From Octopus sinensis (Eukaryota): a stretch of DNA of 64,000 nucleotides. The notes under the pieces were generated by a model that saw only the letters and a list, made by a program, of their open reading frames with translations, was not told where the DNA came from and did no database searches. The translations under genes were made by a program, and so were the position numbers. The DNA lies in contig NC_043012.1 in the NCBI RefSeq assembly GCF_006345805.1, positions 36,394,001 through 36,458,000 on the forward strand, read 5' to 3'. Positions 50,997 to 63,880 of the stretch are shown piece by piece (position 1 is the stretch's first letter; each line of letters begins with the position of its first letter).

Positions 50997-51101
50997 ACAA
51001 GAGAAAATATTGACACAGAATATCGACAGAAATTTTGTAATATTGATGGAGAGGATAACCATTTCAGTTGTTGTAATTCAAGCGCTTAGGATATCATCCG
51101 G
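50997..51101 (+). other. Candidate internal exon (105 nt) of the plus-strand gene
   Basis: ttccattctgttgcag| ... CCGG|GTATGT. Open only in the phase-2 frame (RQEKILTQNIDRNFVILMERITISVVVIQALRISSG). No protein family recognised. Confidence 0.3.
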
Positions 51102-51227
51102 GTATGTGTATTATGGTATTGACTAGGGGTATCAATATAAGCAGTTATTAAAATGTGTGCTTCATATCAAGCATATAACATTTCAGTTTTGATAAGTTCT
51201 AATTATTTACAGAAACAGTATCACTCT

Positions 51228-51435
51228 TCATCATCATCATCATCATCATGTAACATCCGTTTTCCATGCTGGCATGGGTTGGACGGTTTGGCAGCAGCTG
51301 ACAAGGCCAGGAGCTGCACCAGGTTCCATGGTCTGTTTTGGCTCGGTTTCTGTAGCTGGATGTCCTTCCTAACACCAACCACCTCACATTATGTATACTG
51401 GGTGCTTTTTATGTGGCACCAGCACCAGTGCTTTG
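51228..51435 (-). mobile_element. RTE 3'UTR end with a single unexpanded copy of the 26-bp unit
   Basis: GGTGCTTTTTATGTGGCACCAGCACCAGTGCTTT at 51401-51434. Confidence 0.82.
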
Positions 51436-51621
51436 TTGCTCAAGTGTGAGAATTTTCAACTAACTTCTAAAGCATTCTGTATCAAGGAATAAATGCAAAA
51501 ATAAAATAGGGACCTGCACTATGTTAATTAAAAAAACAAATCAAACTGGACTAATGAAAAATGTATTTAACATAACTGAGACACTTTCCTCATCAGTTGC
51601 CAAACACATATTGTAGTTTCA

Positions 51622-51673
<52 letters not shown>

Positions 51674-52207
51674 GTGTCTCAGGAGGGTCATTATGCCAGT
51701 AATAAATGCATGCATTGGTTCTATTTCACTTCCTTATTTATTTGTCAGTTGATTTAACTAATTAACTAATTGGTTGTGTTTGCCAAAGTGACCCCTTCAA
51801 TGGCTGATTAACTGATTAGATCAACTGACCAGGAAGTAATAAAGTGAAATAGGACTAGTGTGTATGGTTGATCTAACTGACTGGCTTCCTCCCCGAAAAT
51901 TTCGGGCCTTGTGCCTAGAGTAGAAAAGGATTATTGGCATAATGATCCATGCAAGATGTTTCAACATACAGGTCCAAATCAAGAATCTTGCAAACCAAAT
52001 ACAAAAACGAAATTATAATTGACGAACCATGTGTGGCAACAAAAGAAGGTTGACCTCAATATCACTGCAAATAGAGGACAATGTTTATTAAATTATACAG
52101 GTATGGAGATTCACATGTAGGACTTTAAATTTCTGTGTCAGCAATTTGATGATTCATTGCACAAGGAAGTTTCCACACTTGTCTCATTTTATATATATAT
52201 ATCATTT

Positions 52208-53682
52208 CATCATTTAACGTCTGCTTTCCATGCTAGCATGGGTTGGATGATTTGACTGAGGTCTGGCAAACCAGACTCCATTCTGATTTGGCAGAGTTTC
52301 TACAGCTGGATGCCCTTCCTAACGCCAACCACTTCGAGAGTGTAGTGGGTGCTTTTACGTGCCACCGGCACGAGGGTCAGTTTGGTGGTTGTTTTAGCAT
52401 GGTTTCTACAGCTGGATGGTCTTGCTAACGCCAACCACTTTACAGAGTGCAGTCTGGGTGCTTTTACATGACACTGGCACAAGGAATATTCAGTTATCCA
52501 ATCAAGTGAACTACTTGCTCGTTGAATTAGTAAGTGGCTGAGTATCTCACAGACATGCCTACCTCTGACGTAATCCTCAGGCAGAATCAGGCCAGGCCTT
52601 TATATTTACACAACCCATCGAATGATCTTCTACAGGGTTTCCATCTACCTCGTTTCATTTCACTCTCAACACTTGGATCAACTTGAGATTATGATGGAAG
52701 CTCTTGTTCAAGGGGCCTTGCTGTCTGATCAAATCTGAGACCATGTGATTGCAAAGCTAGCATCTGAACCATTTAGCCCATACTTCATCATCACTATCAC
52801 AATCATCAACATCTCCATGCTTGCATGGCTCAGGCGGAAGTTTTTGAAGCAGATTTTTCTAGTGCTGGATGCTCTTTCAGTCACCAACCTTTATCTGTTT
52901 CCATGCAAAATAATATTTCCCATGCCCAAACAGGTTTTTCATGGCAAACTGAAAATAAAACAGCATCATTTGTATGACAATGATGGTTGTCTACAACCAT
53001 CACATGTCGTCTAGAGAAGGGTAGTCACTAACACAAACATACATGCACACTTCACAGGCTTCTTCAAGTTTCCCATCTCCAAATCCACTGACAAGGAATT
53101 GGTTGGCCTGACTCTGCAGTAAAAACCACCAAAGATGCTGTGCAATGGGACTGAATCCAGAAGTCACATGGCTGAGAATTAGGCCCCTTAATCACACAGC
53201 CACACCTGTGCCTCTGTCCGTGTTGGCAGTTTCTTTGTTTCAAACATTTGGCCATGGCCACACTGTAGTGCCACCTTGAAGAACTTTAGTCAACTGGACT
53301 ACTAAGTCACAGGGATGTAAACACACCAACACTGGTTGTCAAGTGGTGGCTGGCACATACACACACATAATGGGCTTCTTTCAGTTTCCATCTACCAAAG
53401 CCATTCACAAGGCTTTAGTTGACCTGAAGCTATAGTAAAAGACAGTTGCCCAAGGTACCTTGCTGTGGGACTGAACCCGGAACCATGTAGTTTGGGAAGC
53501 AAACTTTTTACCACACAGCCACGCTTCTGCCTATACAGTATGTGTGTGTGTAGGAAGGGCATCCAGCCATAAAAACCATGCCTAATCAGGCTGGAGTCTG
53601 GTGCAGCTTCTCAGCTTACCAGCCCTGGTCAAACTGTCCAACCCATGCCAGCATGGACAACAGACGTTAAACGATGATGATG

Positions 53683-53685
<3 letters not shown>
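52208..53685. mobile_element. Cluster of RTE tails and S1 fragments
   Basis: RTE tails at 52208-52485 (-) and 53550-53685 (+); S1 at 53050-53535 (-). Confidence 0.72.
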
Positions 53686-53708
<23 letters not shown>

Positions 53709-53716
<8 letters not shown>

Positions 53717-53957
53717 ATCACGTGACCGACCAGACCATCAGATGTTGTTACACATCGCTGGTCACAATGCGTTCGCATTGTTTTAGCCTTCGAATGACGC
53801 CACCCCGCTGGCTAAGCAAGCAGGCCAACAGAAGAAAGAGTGAGAGAAAGAGTGGTGAAAGAGTACAGCAGGGATCACCACGCCCGGTCTGGGTATTGAA
53901 ACCGCGATCCTGCGACCGCGAGTCCACTGCCCTAACCACTAGGTCATTGCGCCTCCA
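53709..53957 (-). mobile_element. tRNA-derived SINE S3, CpG-rich and probably young, inserted in (TA)n
   Basis: GGAGGCGCAATGACCTAGTGGTTAGGGCAGTGGACTCGCGG..GGTTTCAATACC head; tail shared with 21113-21376. Confidence 0.85.
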
Positions 53958-54240
53958 TATATATATATATATATATATGTAATTGCCTTTGACTCAGATA
54001 TATTTGTCCATGTGCAATAATTAATATTTGAGTTAAACTCATTAAGGAAATAAATTGGTAGTGGGAGTGGTTAATTAGATAAAACTCAACATTGTCTTTG
54101 ATTGTGCATTATCTCCATTCCTGCAAGTCTGTCCATTTCTCTGATAGTGTCAGTTCAGGTGGAACCTCAAGCCTCATTAAGTTATATTCCTGGACGACAA
54201 CACCTCAGTGGGAGATTAAAATCTATCAAATTGATATTAG

Positions 54241-54840
54241 CATCACTATCTTCATCATCCACCACCATCATCATCATCATCATCTGCTGGGCATCATCAT
54301 CACCCTCATTAATCATTGCCACCCTCACCACCACCACCAATTCGTCACTCCTACCACTACCATCATCATCATCAGCATATTTCAACAATGTCTCTTTAAT
54401 TTCTCTTTGTTGTTTGATTATTCGGCTGTTTTGATGGCGTTTTAAATACTTTTTGTTTCAATTGCTGTGGCTTCTCTGCAGCTCAGTGACTTTATTCTGG
54501 TGATGGTGATGGTAGCGATGACAGAGATGGTGGTGATGACGGTATTAGCTATAGTGCTGGTGATGATGATGGCTAATTATGGCAGGGGTGGTGGTGGTGG
54601 TAATGTTTGTAGTGATGTTAATAGAAAATATGATGGGTGTGATGCTGATATGGGTACTGGTCGAGAAAACATTAATATTTGTGGTGGTGGTGGTATGGTG
54701 CTTGTAGTATCGATTGCAGTGGTGGTGATGGGGATGGTACTGTGGTGGTTCTAATGTTAATTGTGATGATGCCAACGTTGGTGTTGATTACAGATGAGAT
54801 GGTGTCTGTAGTGGCTGTGGTGGTGTCGGTGGTGATGCAC
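54241..54840. repeat. Degenerate (CAT/CAC)n followed by (GAT/GGT)n low-complexity region
   Basis: Seen directly. Confidence 0.85.
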
Positions 54841-55247
54841 GTAGTTCATTTCTTAGAATCATTGACCCCTGGTCACAATATTAAAAACCAGATGTTAAAT
54901 CAATGATTAATGATATGTATTAGACCATGTTTTATGTTACTAGTTCTGATTGTAGTGAGCAGGGATGTGAGAGCATCTGATAGAACGCCTCAAACCGTGA
55001 TGAGGATGTCTTCAGACCTGTCAGCCTCATATATGGGGGTTTACTAAAGAGAAGGGAGGACTGAACGAAGCTTAATATCTGCTGCAAAATCGATGATTTC
55101 AAGAGGAGGATTATGCACTCACTCATTGTTGATGTTCAATTTCTGTTCCAGTAAATTCAGGCTGTGGAAAGGATTGGAATTATGCAGCAGTTTTAGATAT
55201 CCTATTTGATGTCTTGGTGCATCATCATCATCATCATCATCATCATC

Positions 55248-55413
55248 AGGTGCAGGAGTGGCTGTGTGGTAAGTAGCTTGTTTACCAACCACATGGTTCC
55301 GGGTTCAGTCCCACTGCATGGCACCTTGGGCAAATGTCTTCTACTATAGCCTTGGGCCGACCGAAGCCTTGTGAGTGGATTTGGTAGACAGAAACTGAAA
55401 GAAGCCCGTCGTA

Positions 55414-55448
<35 letters not shown>

Positions 55449-55635
55449 GCGTGTTTGTGTGTCTGTGTTTGTCCCCCTAGCATTGCTTGACAACTGATGC
55501 TGGTGTGTTTATGTCCCCGTTACTTAGCGGTTGGCAAAAGAGACCAATAGAATAAGTACTAGGCTTACAAAAGAATAAGTCCCGGGGTCGAGTTGCTCAA
55601 TTAAAGGCGGTGCTCCAGTAAAAGAGTAAAGAGTA
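55248..55635 (+). mobile_element. SINE S1, near full length
   Basis: Family match. Confidence 0.9.
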
Positions 55636-55935
55636 TACCGTTGTTTCAAATGTTAACTTTTCTGTTTGCATGAATCAGATGAGTTTCATTGAGGCAGATT
55701 TTCTGCATCCGGGTGCTCTTCCTGTCACCAAGCTACACCCATTTCCAAGCAAGGAATACTTCCCCCACTCCTTTGAACATGAAACTACACTGTAGCTGGA
55801 TTAGTTTGGTTTGTTTTTGTTTTGTTTTTTTAATAAATAGAAGATTGCAAACAAGCAGCACTGTTTGTGATGGCGTAGTTTAACACACTGTCAAAACAAA
55901 TGAAATGTACACATATATAGATACACACACACACA

Positions 55936-56232
55936 CTAGCACTCTGTCAGTTATGACGATGAGGTTTCTAGTTGATCCGATTAACGTGCAAGTGGCTGAG
56001 CACCCCACAGACAAGTGTACCTTTAAAGCAGTTCTCAGGGAGATTCAGCAGGACAAAGAATAGGACAAGGCTGGTCCCTTTGAGTTACCGGTACAATTCA
56101 TTTTTGCCAGCTGAGTGGATTGGAGCAATGTGAAATAAAGAGCCTTGCTCAAGGCCACAAAGCACAGCTGGGAATTGAACTCGCGACCTTATGGTGGTGA
56201 GCCGAATACTCTAACCACTAAGCCGCACAGCT
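55936..56232 (-). mobile_element. tRNA-derived CORE-like SINE family S4
   Basis: GGCTTAGTGGTTAGAG..GAGTTCAATTCC..CCTTGAGCAAGG..CCACTCAGCTGG; a related head occurs at 57325-57517. Confidence 0.78.
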
Positions 56233-56439
56233 TCATACATATATCACCATCATCGTTTAATGTCTGTTTTCCATGCTGGCATGGGTTGGACGGTTGACTG
56301 AGTTCTGGAGAGCCAGCAGCTGCACCAGGCCCCAATCTTATTTGACAATATTTCTACAGCTGGCTGCCCTTCCTAACGCCAACCACTCCGAGAGTGTTGT
56401 GGGTGCTTTTTACATGCCACCAGCACAGGAGCCAGTCAG

Positions 56440-56600
56440 ATGGCTCTCCTTGTTTTTTTCTGTGTATCTTTCTGTCGAAGAGCGTAGGCTCGAAATGTAA
56501 AAGACTTGTTCTATTTCTATTCCTGAGCGCCATACTAATACATTTGTTTGTTTGTACTCCTCCTGCCTTTATCTTTTTTTTATTTTCGTAAACCTTCCTG

Positions 56601-56640
<40 letters not shown>

Positions 56641-57080
56641 TCATAAATGAGGGCAAAGGAAAAAATTTCTAATGCCGAAAAATTGGACATATTGTCCATT
56701 AACCATATAATTTTTTCACAATACGCACGCTACTCGAAAAAGGTCGACAGAGATTTCTAAAAAATTCCATTATTACCGTATCGGACCAATTTCAGAGTTA
56801 GCTACTAAGAGCCCTCTCTTCGTCAGTGATACATGTGGCAAAAGAAATAAATGAGATACTTACTCATACCCATGGAAGAAGCAAACACTAAGTCATGGGC
56901 ACAACTAAGTATCCCAAATACATCCAAAATAGAAATACTCCAGCCCATTCGAGGCACGTGCGATTTGAACTGAGGCTCTCACAGAGTGAGATAGTTCGGA
57001 AGTGAACGCTTCTGGCCATTGATAAAGTTTTTTTTGAGAAGATATTTTTTTTCGAAAAAAATTTTATCCTCACATTAGAT
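56440..57080. mobile_element. Two Penelope-like/retrozyme-like fragments with hammerhead-like motifs, convergent across (TA)n
   Basis: Motifs at 56467-56504 (+) and 56778-56832 (-). Confidence 0.6.
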
Positions 57081-57515
57081 ATATATATATATATATATAT
57101 GTGTGCATGTACACACACATGTGGGGGCTTCTTTCTGTTTTTGTCCCTCAAATATCCACTCGCAAGGCTTTGGTTAGTCCAAAGCAATAAGAGAAAGACA
57201 GTTGCTCAAGGTACCATGCAGCAGGAATGAATCCAAAATTATGTTGTTAGGAAGCAAACTCCTTAACTACATACCTATTTCTGCACATCATATGGGGTTA
57301 GTCCACATTACACTGAAAGGATCATAGGGCTGGTTTCTCTCGGTTATATATTCTTCCCTGGACAGGACACCGGTCAGTTGCAGGATTACTCTTTATTACC
57401 AGCTGAGTGGACTTGAGCAACGTGAAATAAAGTGTTTTGCTCAAGAACACAATGCATTGCCCAGTTCAGGAATTGAACCACTATCTTATGATCACAAGTC
57501 CAACACAGTGCCTCC

Positions 57516-57547
<32 letters not shown>

Positions 57548-58444
57548 GGTTAGTTGAGTTAGGGGGTAAAATAACCGTCTAAGGGATAGAAGTATCCTTT
57601 ATTCTACGGTATGGGTATATTACCTATGTTTAACCATGGGCATACATATGCAGGCATATAATGCTCATAAGTTATAGGTGAAGACAAGGGTAAACATGGG
57701 TTTATCAAGAATCAAAATTTAAAGAAGACAGAAAATGGAGAAATATCGATGAACAACAATTTACTTACATCAATTATTATTATTATAAATAATGATTGAT
57801 GTAAGTCAACTGTTGTTCATCTGTACTTCTCCATTTTCTATTTCCTTTATATACATACATATATATATATATATATACACATATATATTACATGCACATA
57901 CATGTTTATAATGAATTACTTGGACACAATACCCATTGTCCTGCTGATCTTGTATTGACTGGGCAGATGGTCATCCGGTGAGTTTTTGTTCAGTTTTCAT
58001 CAGAGTCCATTGTTATTGTCTGTTCTTGGACCATTGTTTCTCAACATGTAACAGTTGGTATTGTTCTCGCATGCACACGTGTGTTGCAGTGTCTGTTGTA
58101 CATCGCCATCTAATTTCTAAATGCTGCAACACCAGATGTCTGCAACATTCCCATGTGGAAACCTGTTCTCCGCTCTGGTTGCATTTCATAGAATTTGCAA
58201 TTTAAAAAGATCAATGTGCTTTTTGGTCTGTAACAACTTATAGCATAGACCCGTATTAAGCACTTTGCCTTTTATAAGCCAACAAGAGGACTTCTACACT
58301 ACAATAGGAGTAGAGGCCATGGGTGGAGAACACTTCGCCTGTGGACAATATTTTGTATACATTCTAATATGTCTTGAAAAAAATCTTACTTAAAATTCAA
58401 TTTAGAGCTTAATGTTTTTTTTTCTTTTTCTTTTCTTTTTGTTT

Positions 58445-58658
58445 TGTTACCTGTGTGTCTGAGGCCTCCTTTAGGATTATGGTACTTCTTGTTTTAAAGT
58501 GAGATAAATTAAGACTTTCCATCAAAATTTCATGTTAATCCATGCCTCATGCAATGATTAATTACGACAGTTATTTTATTGAATTCTCCGTTATTTTCAA
58601 AATTAATTGAAACAAAGGCGGTATGTTTCATTAGGAATATGGTAACCAGAAGAGTTAA
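58445..58658. mobile_element. piggyBac MITE A-like, diverged
   Basis: Reverse complement of 46573-46786; ends GGTAACCAGAAGAG-TTAA. Confidence 0.6.
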
Positions 58659-58825
58659 AACCAAAATGGTAATTTACAGGATATTTCTATGAATTTGTAA
58701 AACTGGTCGATACATTATTTTTCTCAATACAGAAGTCAACACACTTTCTTCATTGACATTTTTTATGCCAGCTCTTCTTTCTAAACAAAGTGCTTTATCT
58801 GTTTTATTCCATTGGTCTTAGCATG

Positions 58826-59225
58826 TCTCTTTTACTTGTTTCAGTCATTTGACTGCAGCCATGCTGGAGCACCGCCTTTAGTCGAGCAAATCGACCCTGG
58901 GACTTATTCTTTGTAAGCCCAGTACTTATTCCATCGGTCTCTTTAGCCGAACCACTAAGTGACGGGGACATAAACACACCAGCATCGGTTGTCAAGCAAT
59001 GTTAGAGGGACAAACACAGACACACAAACACACACACACACATACATATATATACATATATACGACGGGCTTCTTTCAGTTTCCGTCTACCAAATCCACT
59101 CACAAGGCTTTGGTCGGCCTGAGGCTATAGTAGAAGACACCCGCCCAAGGTGCCACGCAGTGGGACTGAACCTGGAACCATGTGGTTGGTTAGCAAGCTA
59201 CTTACCACACAGCCACTCCTGCGCC
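58826..59225 (-). mobile_element. SINE S1, full length
   Basis: Family match. Confidence 0.9.
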
Positions 59226-59927
59226 TCCTGTCTAACTGCTGAAGCAGCAGCAACCTCTGTGAGTGGGGGGGGGCATAAACAAACATCACTGCCACTCCTA
59301 ACCGGTGTCACACACACACACGATGGGCTTCCATGCAGTTTCTGTCTGCCAACTTTCACTCACAAGGTAATATTGGTGAACCTGAGGTTGAGATGATGCC
59401 CAAAGTGTCACACACTGAGATTGAACCTGAAACTACGTAGTTACTAAGCAGAGGTATCGACCACTTGTACACATCGATGTTCAGTATATTAGCCATGACC
59501 ATTTGGTGCAAAGCAATTCAGAGTTTAATAATTCTAAATGTTAATTAAAGACTCCAAGACATTCTTGTTTCAAAAGGTCAGAATTTTCTCAAGTGAAAAA
59601 ATATTTTATATATATTGATAAGAAATGTGAAGGGTCAACAACTTTAAACTAAAGTGAAATAAAGAAGAAAAATACATAAATCTTTAATGTTTCAACAAGT
59701 GACTTGGTGGTGCTTTACTGTTAAATGAACCAAAGATAAATCAGTTCCTTGACAGACTGTGAGTGCATCTTAACATTTCTAAAAGATCTAAAATTTATTT
59801 CAACAGTTTGGTCTACGGACACATATGAAATTCAATTTCCTGTCTGAATCTATAACAATACTAGCAATGGACTTGAACTCCTGTCATGTATGTTAGCCGT
59901 TCGGTATCTTTATCCATTCAGTTGTGT

Positions 59928-60165
59928 CAGTGGTTCTTAACCAGGGTCCACTTAGGATTTTGCTGGTAAAATTTATCTGCAATAAATAAGTTATACTTCT
60001 ATGATGCACAAAATATTTTTAACAATATTTTTCTTATACAATTCCTTAGAATTTTTTAATAATAAAAATATGATTTTTAAAACCTTGACTGACTAGAAAG
60101 GTCCAGCTGAATAAAATAAAACTCAAAGGATTCCATAGGTAAGAAAAAACGGTTGAGAAACACTG
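59928..60165. mobile_element. hAT (Charlie-like) MITE
   Basis: CAGTGGTTCTTAACC...GGTTGAGAAACACTG with TSD-like AGTTGTGT/AGCTGTGA. Confidence 0.8.
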
Positions 60166-61089
60166 AGCTGTGACAAAAGATATCACTTTTAAATCCAGAT
60201 AATCTTGTAGACAGATACTGGAGAGTATTTCAGTTTGATCCATCGTTTACCATTGACAGTAATTCTTGTAGAATTTACCTGTATTTACCTGTACCTTCTT
60301 CTAGCTCAGAACTAGTTCTAGGATTAGTAAACTTCTAATAATGTGATTTTAAAATGGTTGTTAATTGGCATGAAGAAGAACCAGATGCTATGAAAGCTAC
60401 ACTTTCCTTTGGTTTGTTTTGGTTGCCATGGCCATACTGCAGCACAGCCCTCTGTGTTTATGTAATTAGTTTACATCAACTCTAGTATTTATGGAATTTC
60501 ATTTCACTGGCTTGTATCTTGACAAGTTGCCATTCCACTGAGATCCACTCTCTTTTACTCCTTTCTTTTCCTGTAGGATCCTCTCTCCTCCACTCCCTTA
60601 CATTCCTACACACTCCTTACTGTGTGCTACCAAGAATGGCATATAACCTGTTATAAGCTCCTATGTCTTTACAAACCTTACCTGTTGGCTACTTACACAC
60701 GGTCACCATACTTAAACATTTCGTGTTTTAATTACAAATTAGGCCTGAGTCTCTATGTTCTGGTCAAACTAAGTAATTCCCATTTATTTATTCACTCACT
60801 ATAGTTAGACCACAACAGTTCTATAAAAGGACTGTGACACGTACATAGCTTGTCTATAACGGGACTGTAGTATGTCTATAGGCTTCTTCTAACAGCTATA
60901 TAGTAAGACTCTGCCTTTTAGTATAAGAGATGCGTAACCATTCAACAAGCAAGGCTTAGCAGATCTGATAAGAATGAAGTCACTGCATCTAATAAGGATG
61001 TTTATCATAATTTAGACATTTGTTGAGCTCTGATGCAAGTGGATACAGGTTCATTTCTAGTTGACAGCTAAGTTATTTTTAGACTTTTA

Positions 61090-61349
61090 TCTTTTACTTG
61101 TTTCATTCATTGGACTGTGGTCATGCTGGGGCAACACCTTGAAGAATTTTTAGTTGAATGAATTAACCCCAGGACTTCATTTTTCTTTTTCTTAAGCCTC
61201 ATGATTGTTCTATCACTTTTGCCAAACTACTAAGTTACTGCAAATGTAAACACACCAACACTGGTTGTGAAGCAGTGGGGACACACACACGTGTATATGA
61301 GAGAGAGAGAGAGAGAGCGAAATATATAAATAACCTTACCTCCTGCTTT

Positions 61350-61387
<38 letters not shown>

Positions 61388-61840
61388 TCATTATTTAACG
61401 TCCGTTTTCCATGCTAGCATAGGTTGGACGGTTCAACCGGAATCTGGTAAGCCATGAAGGCTGCACCACACGACAGACTTCTTTCAGTTTCTGTCTACTA
61501 AATCCACTCACAAGTCCTTGGTCTGCCCAAGGCTATAGGGTTCAGTCCCACTGCAAGCCCAAAGTGTCACACAATGGATTGAACCCAGAACAGAGCTACA
61601 CCCATGCAAAAGAACTAATATAGTCTTTTCTTATATAGGCACAAGGCCCGAAATTTTTGGGGAGGGGGCCAGTCGATTAGATCGGCCCCAGTACACAACT
61701 GGTACTTAATTTATCAACCCCAAAAGGATGAAAGGCAAAGTTGACCTTGGCGGAATTTGAACTCAGAATGTAAAGACAGATGAAATACTGCTAAGCATTT
61801 CGCCTGGCATGCTAATGATACTGCCAGCTCAGTGCCTTAA
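61090..61840 (-). mobile_element. S1 (interrupted by an RTE tail) and S2 (61625-61840)
   Basis: Family motifs. Confidence 0.78.
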
Positions 61841-62319
61841 AAAGGATCTAATATATTATTAAATATTCTGTTGAATGTTGAATGCTTAATTTATAGTCTT
61901 GGCATCCATTAAGTTTGAGACGTTCTTTTAACTTTCATCAATATTTTTTTTGAAATGGTTCTTTGTTGAGGTCATCAGGTGGTGGCAACTATTGTGCTTC
62001 CTTTGGCATTGGAGAGACCAAAGTTAACCAAGATATCTGAACCCTAGCAGTCAACAATGCAGTGGAACCCTCTAGAATGGACTGTTCAATAAATATGAAA
62101 TACTTTCAATAGTACACATCATTGTCAGACACCATCAAAGACTATCTTTGGATTCACTTCTGTTACCTTCTTAACAATAACATCAGTTAATTAACCCACC
62201 ACCATCACTCGGCCTTCCTTTGCCTTCAGTTAGGTCTTGTTGAATGCAAACAATTCTTGCTAAATACTGGAATAAACATTGAGTAATAAGTGCTTAGAGC
62301 ACACAGGAAATAAGATTTT

Positions 62320-63880
62320 CTCAAACACCCAGGAGGATCCATAGAGGTAACAGATAGCTTCTATGACCTCAATGATCTAACTTGCAGTGGAGGAGGATGT
62401 TCTGAAATGATAGTTACTAGGGAAACCTTCTGTTTACGACATAAGATTCTCTCTCTGAGTGAAAACAGATTGTGTGATGCTTGTGTATGAACTGCAATGC
62501 TGCATGGGCTCTGAATATCGAAGACATGCAAACACTAGAAAGAAATGGAACAAGCATATGTTGAGAGAAAAACTGGGCATAAGAGGTAAAATGTAATGTG
62601 CCAAAGAGAATAAAGCATTGGTATGGGCAAATGATGTGTATAGCTGAGGGCAGCTGTATAAAGAAGTGTCAATCACTAATAGTGCAGAATGAAACCTGTG
62701 GAAGAGTAAGGCTAAGTAGTGAGGACTGATCTCGGGATGCTGAGCTGCACAAACGAGATGACTAAAGATCAGAAGGGTTATTAATTTACTGTGCTTGAGA
62801 AGGCCCACTCTTCAAGATAAAACTGTGGTTCTTGAAGCACACGTTTGCACACAATTAGGCTCCCTGCCCTTGTCAAAATCTTCCTCATCTCCCTATCCTT
62901 TGTCCCTCTATATCACTCTTCCAATTACTGCATTGTTCTGCTTAAATGAGAGTGGAACCAGTTATCTTCCTTTCTCTCCTCCTGGAACCACATCTCATTC
63001 TTAACATCATCCTCCTTCTCCACCATTTATATTCCTCTGCTGCCAGTCTTCTTCTTCTTTGGACCATTTCCTATTCACTTCCTTTACACCATCTTTTATC
63101 TCCCATCAGTCATCCTCCACTTATGTTTTCCACTCGCTGCATCCACCCTTATGAACTGCTGACCATCTCCATCCTTAACCCTATCTATGTCTCACTCTCC
63201 CCTATATTCTTGGAACCGTTACCTCACTCTCTCACATCATCTCCTTATCATTTCTCTCTGTTCTACAGTATTTTGATGCTCATCGCTCTGTACTGCCAGT
63301 CATCACTTCCTCTCTCCTGAGCTACTTCTATTAACAACCTTCCCTCATTCTTATCACCTTCCCCTGCTCCTCCCCCACTACTTACCAATGACCATTCTTC
63401 ACCTCTTGTTTACCATCCATTACATTAGTCCTTTCTCTTTAACCATCTCTCTCAACCTGCACCCACCCTTCTTGATCTTATGTCCCCACTTTTCACATTT
63501 TTCTACACCCCACCATCTTTACTTCTTTTTCCAGCTCCAACTTGATCACTCCCCCACCCCATTTTATATAATGCAGAATTACTGTGTACCTCCTCCCCCT
63601 CCTCTACAACAACAAACCTGTTCCTGTCTCCTTCCCAACTCCAGCATAAAACCTCTTCAGTTTTCACTATCCTCTCACTCAGTTGACGTGGGTCTTTTGT
63701 CTTGTTAGTTACCTGGCAACCTCACTAATGCTGGTGCCAAAGGAAAACAAAAACAAGGATCCAGTACAATCTGTAAAATGACTAGTGTGAGGAAGGGTAA
63801 CCCACTATAGAAACCATGCCAAAATTTTAGTTTGTTGAGCATCCATAGAAAGTGGATATGAAACGATGATGGTGATAATG
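62320..63880 (+). mobile_element. RTE LINE 3' portion: degenerate ORF (62320-62810), long CT-rich 3'UTR, common tail
   Basis: GGSIEVTDSFYDLNDLTCSGGGCSE, WALNIEDMQTLERN, LREKLGIRG and KHWYGQMM..IKKCQSL motifs; tail GAGGAAGGG..GAAACGATGATG. Confidence 0.8.

Noticed and set aside
54092-54906. His-rich and Val/Met-rich ORFs
   Set aside because: Products of degenerate CAT/GAT/GGT triplet repeats.
54940-55190. Possible exon or RTE ORF remnant (LIYGGLLKRRED)
   Set aside because: Stops in all plus frames and similarity too weak to call.
62795-63708. Leu/Ser/Pro/His-rich ORFs
   Set aside because: CT-rich RTE 3'UTR, not coding.
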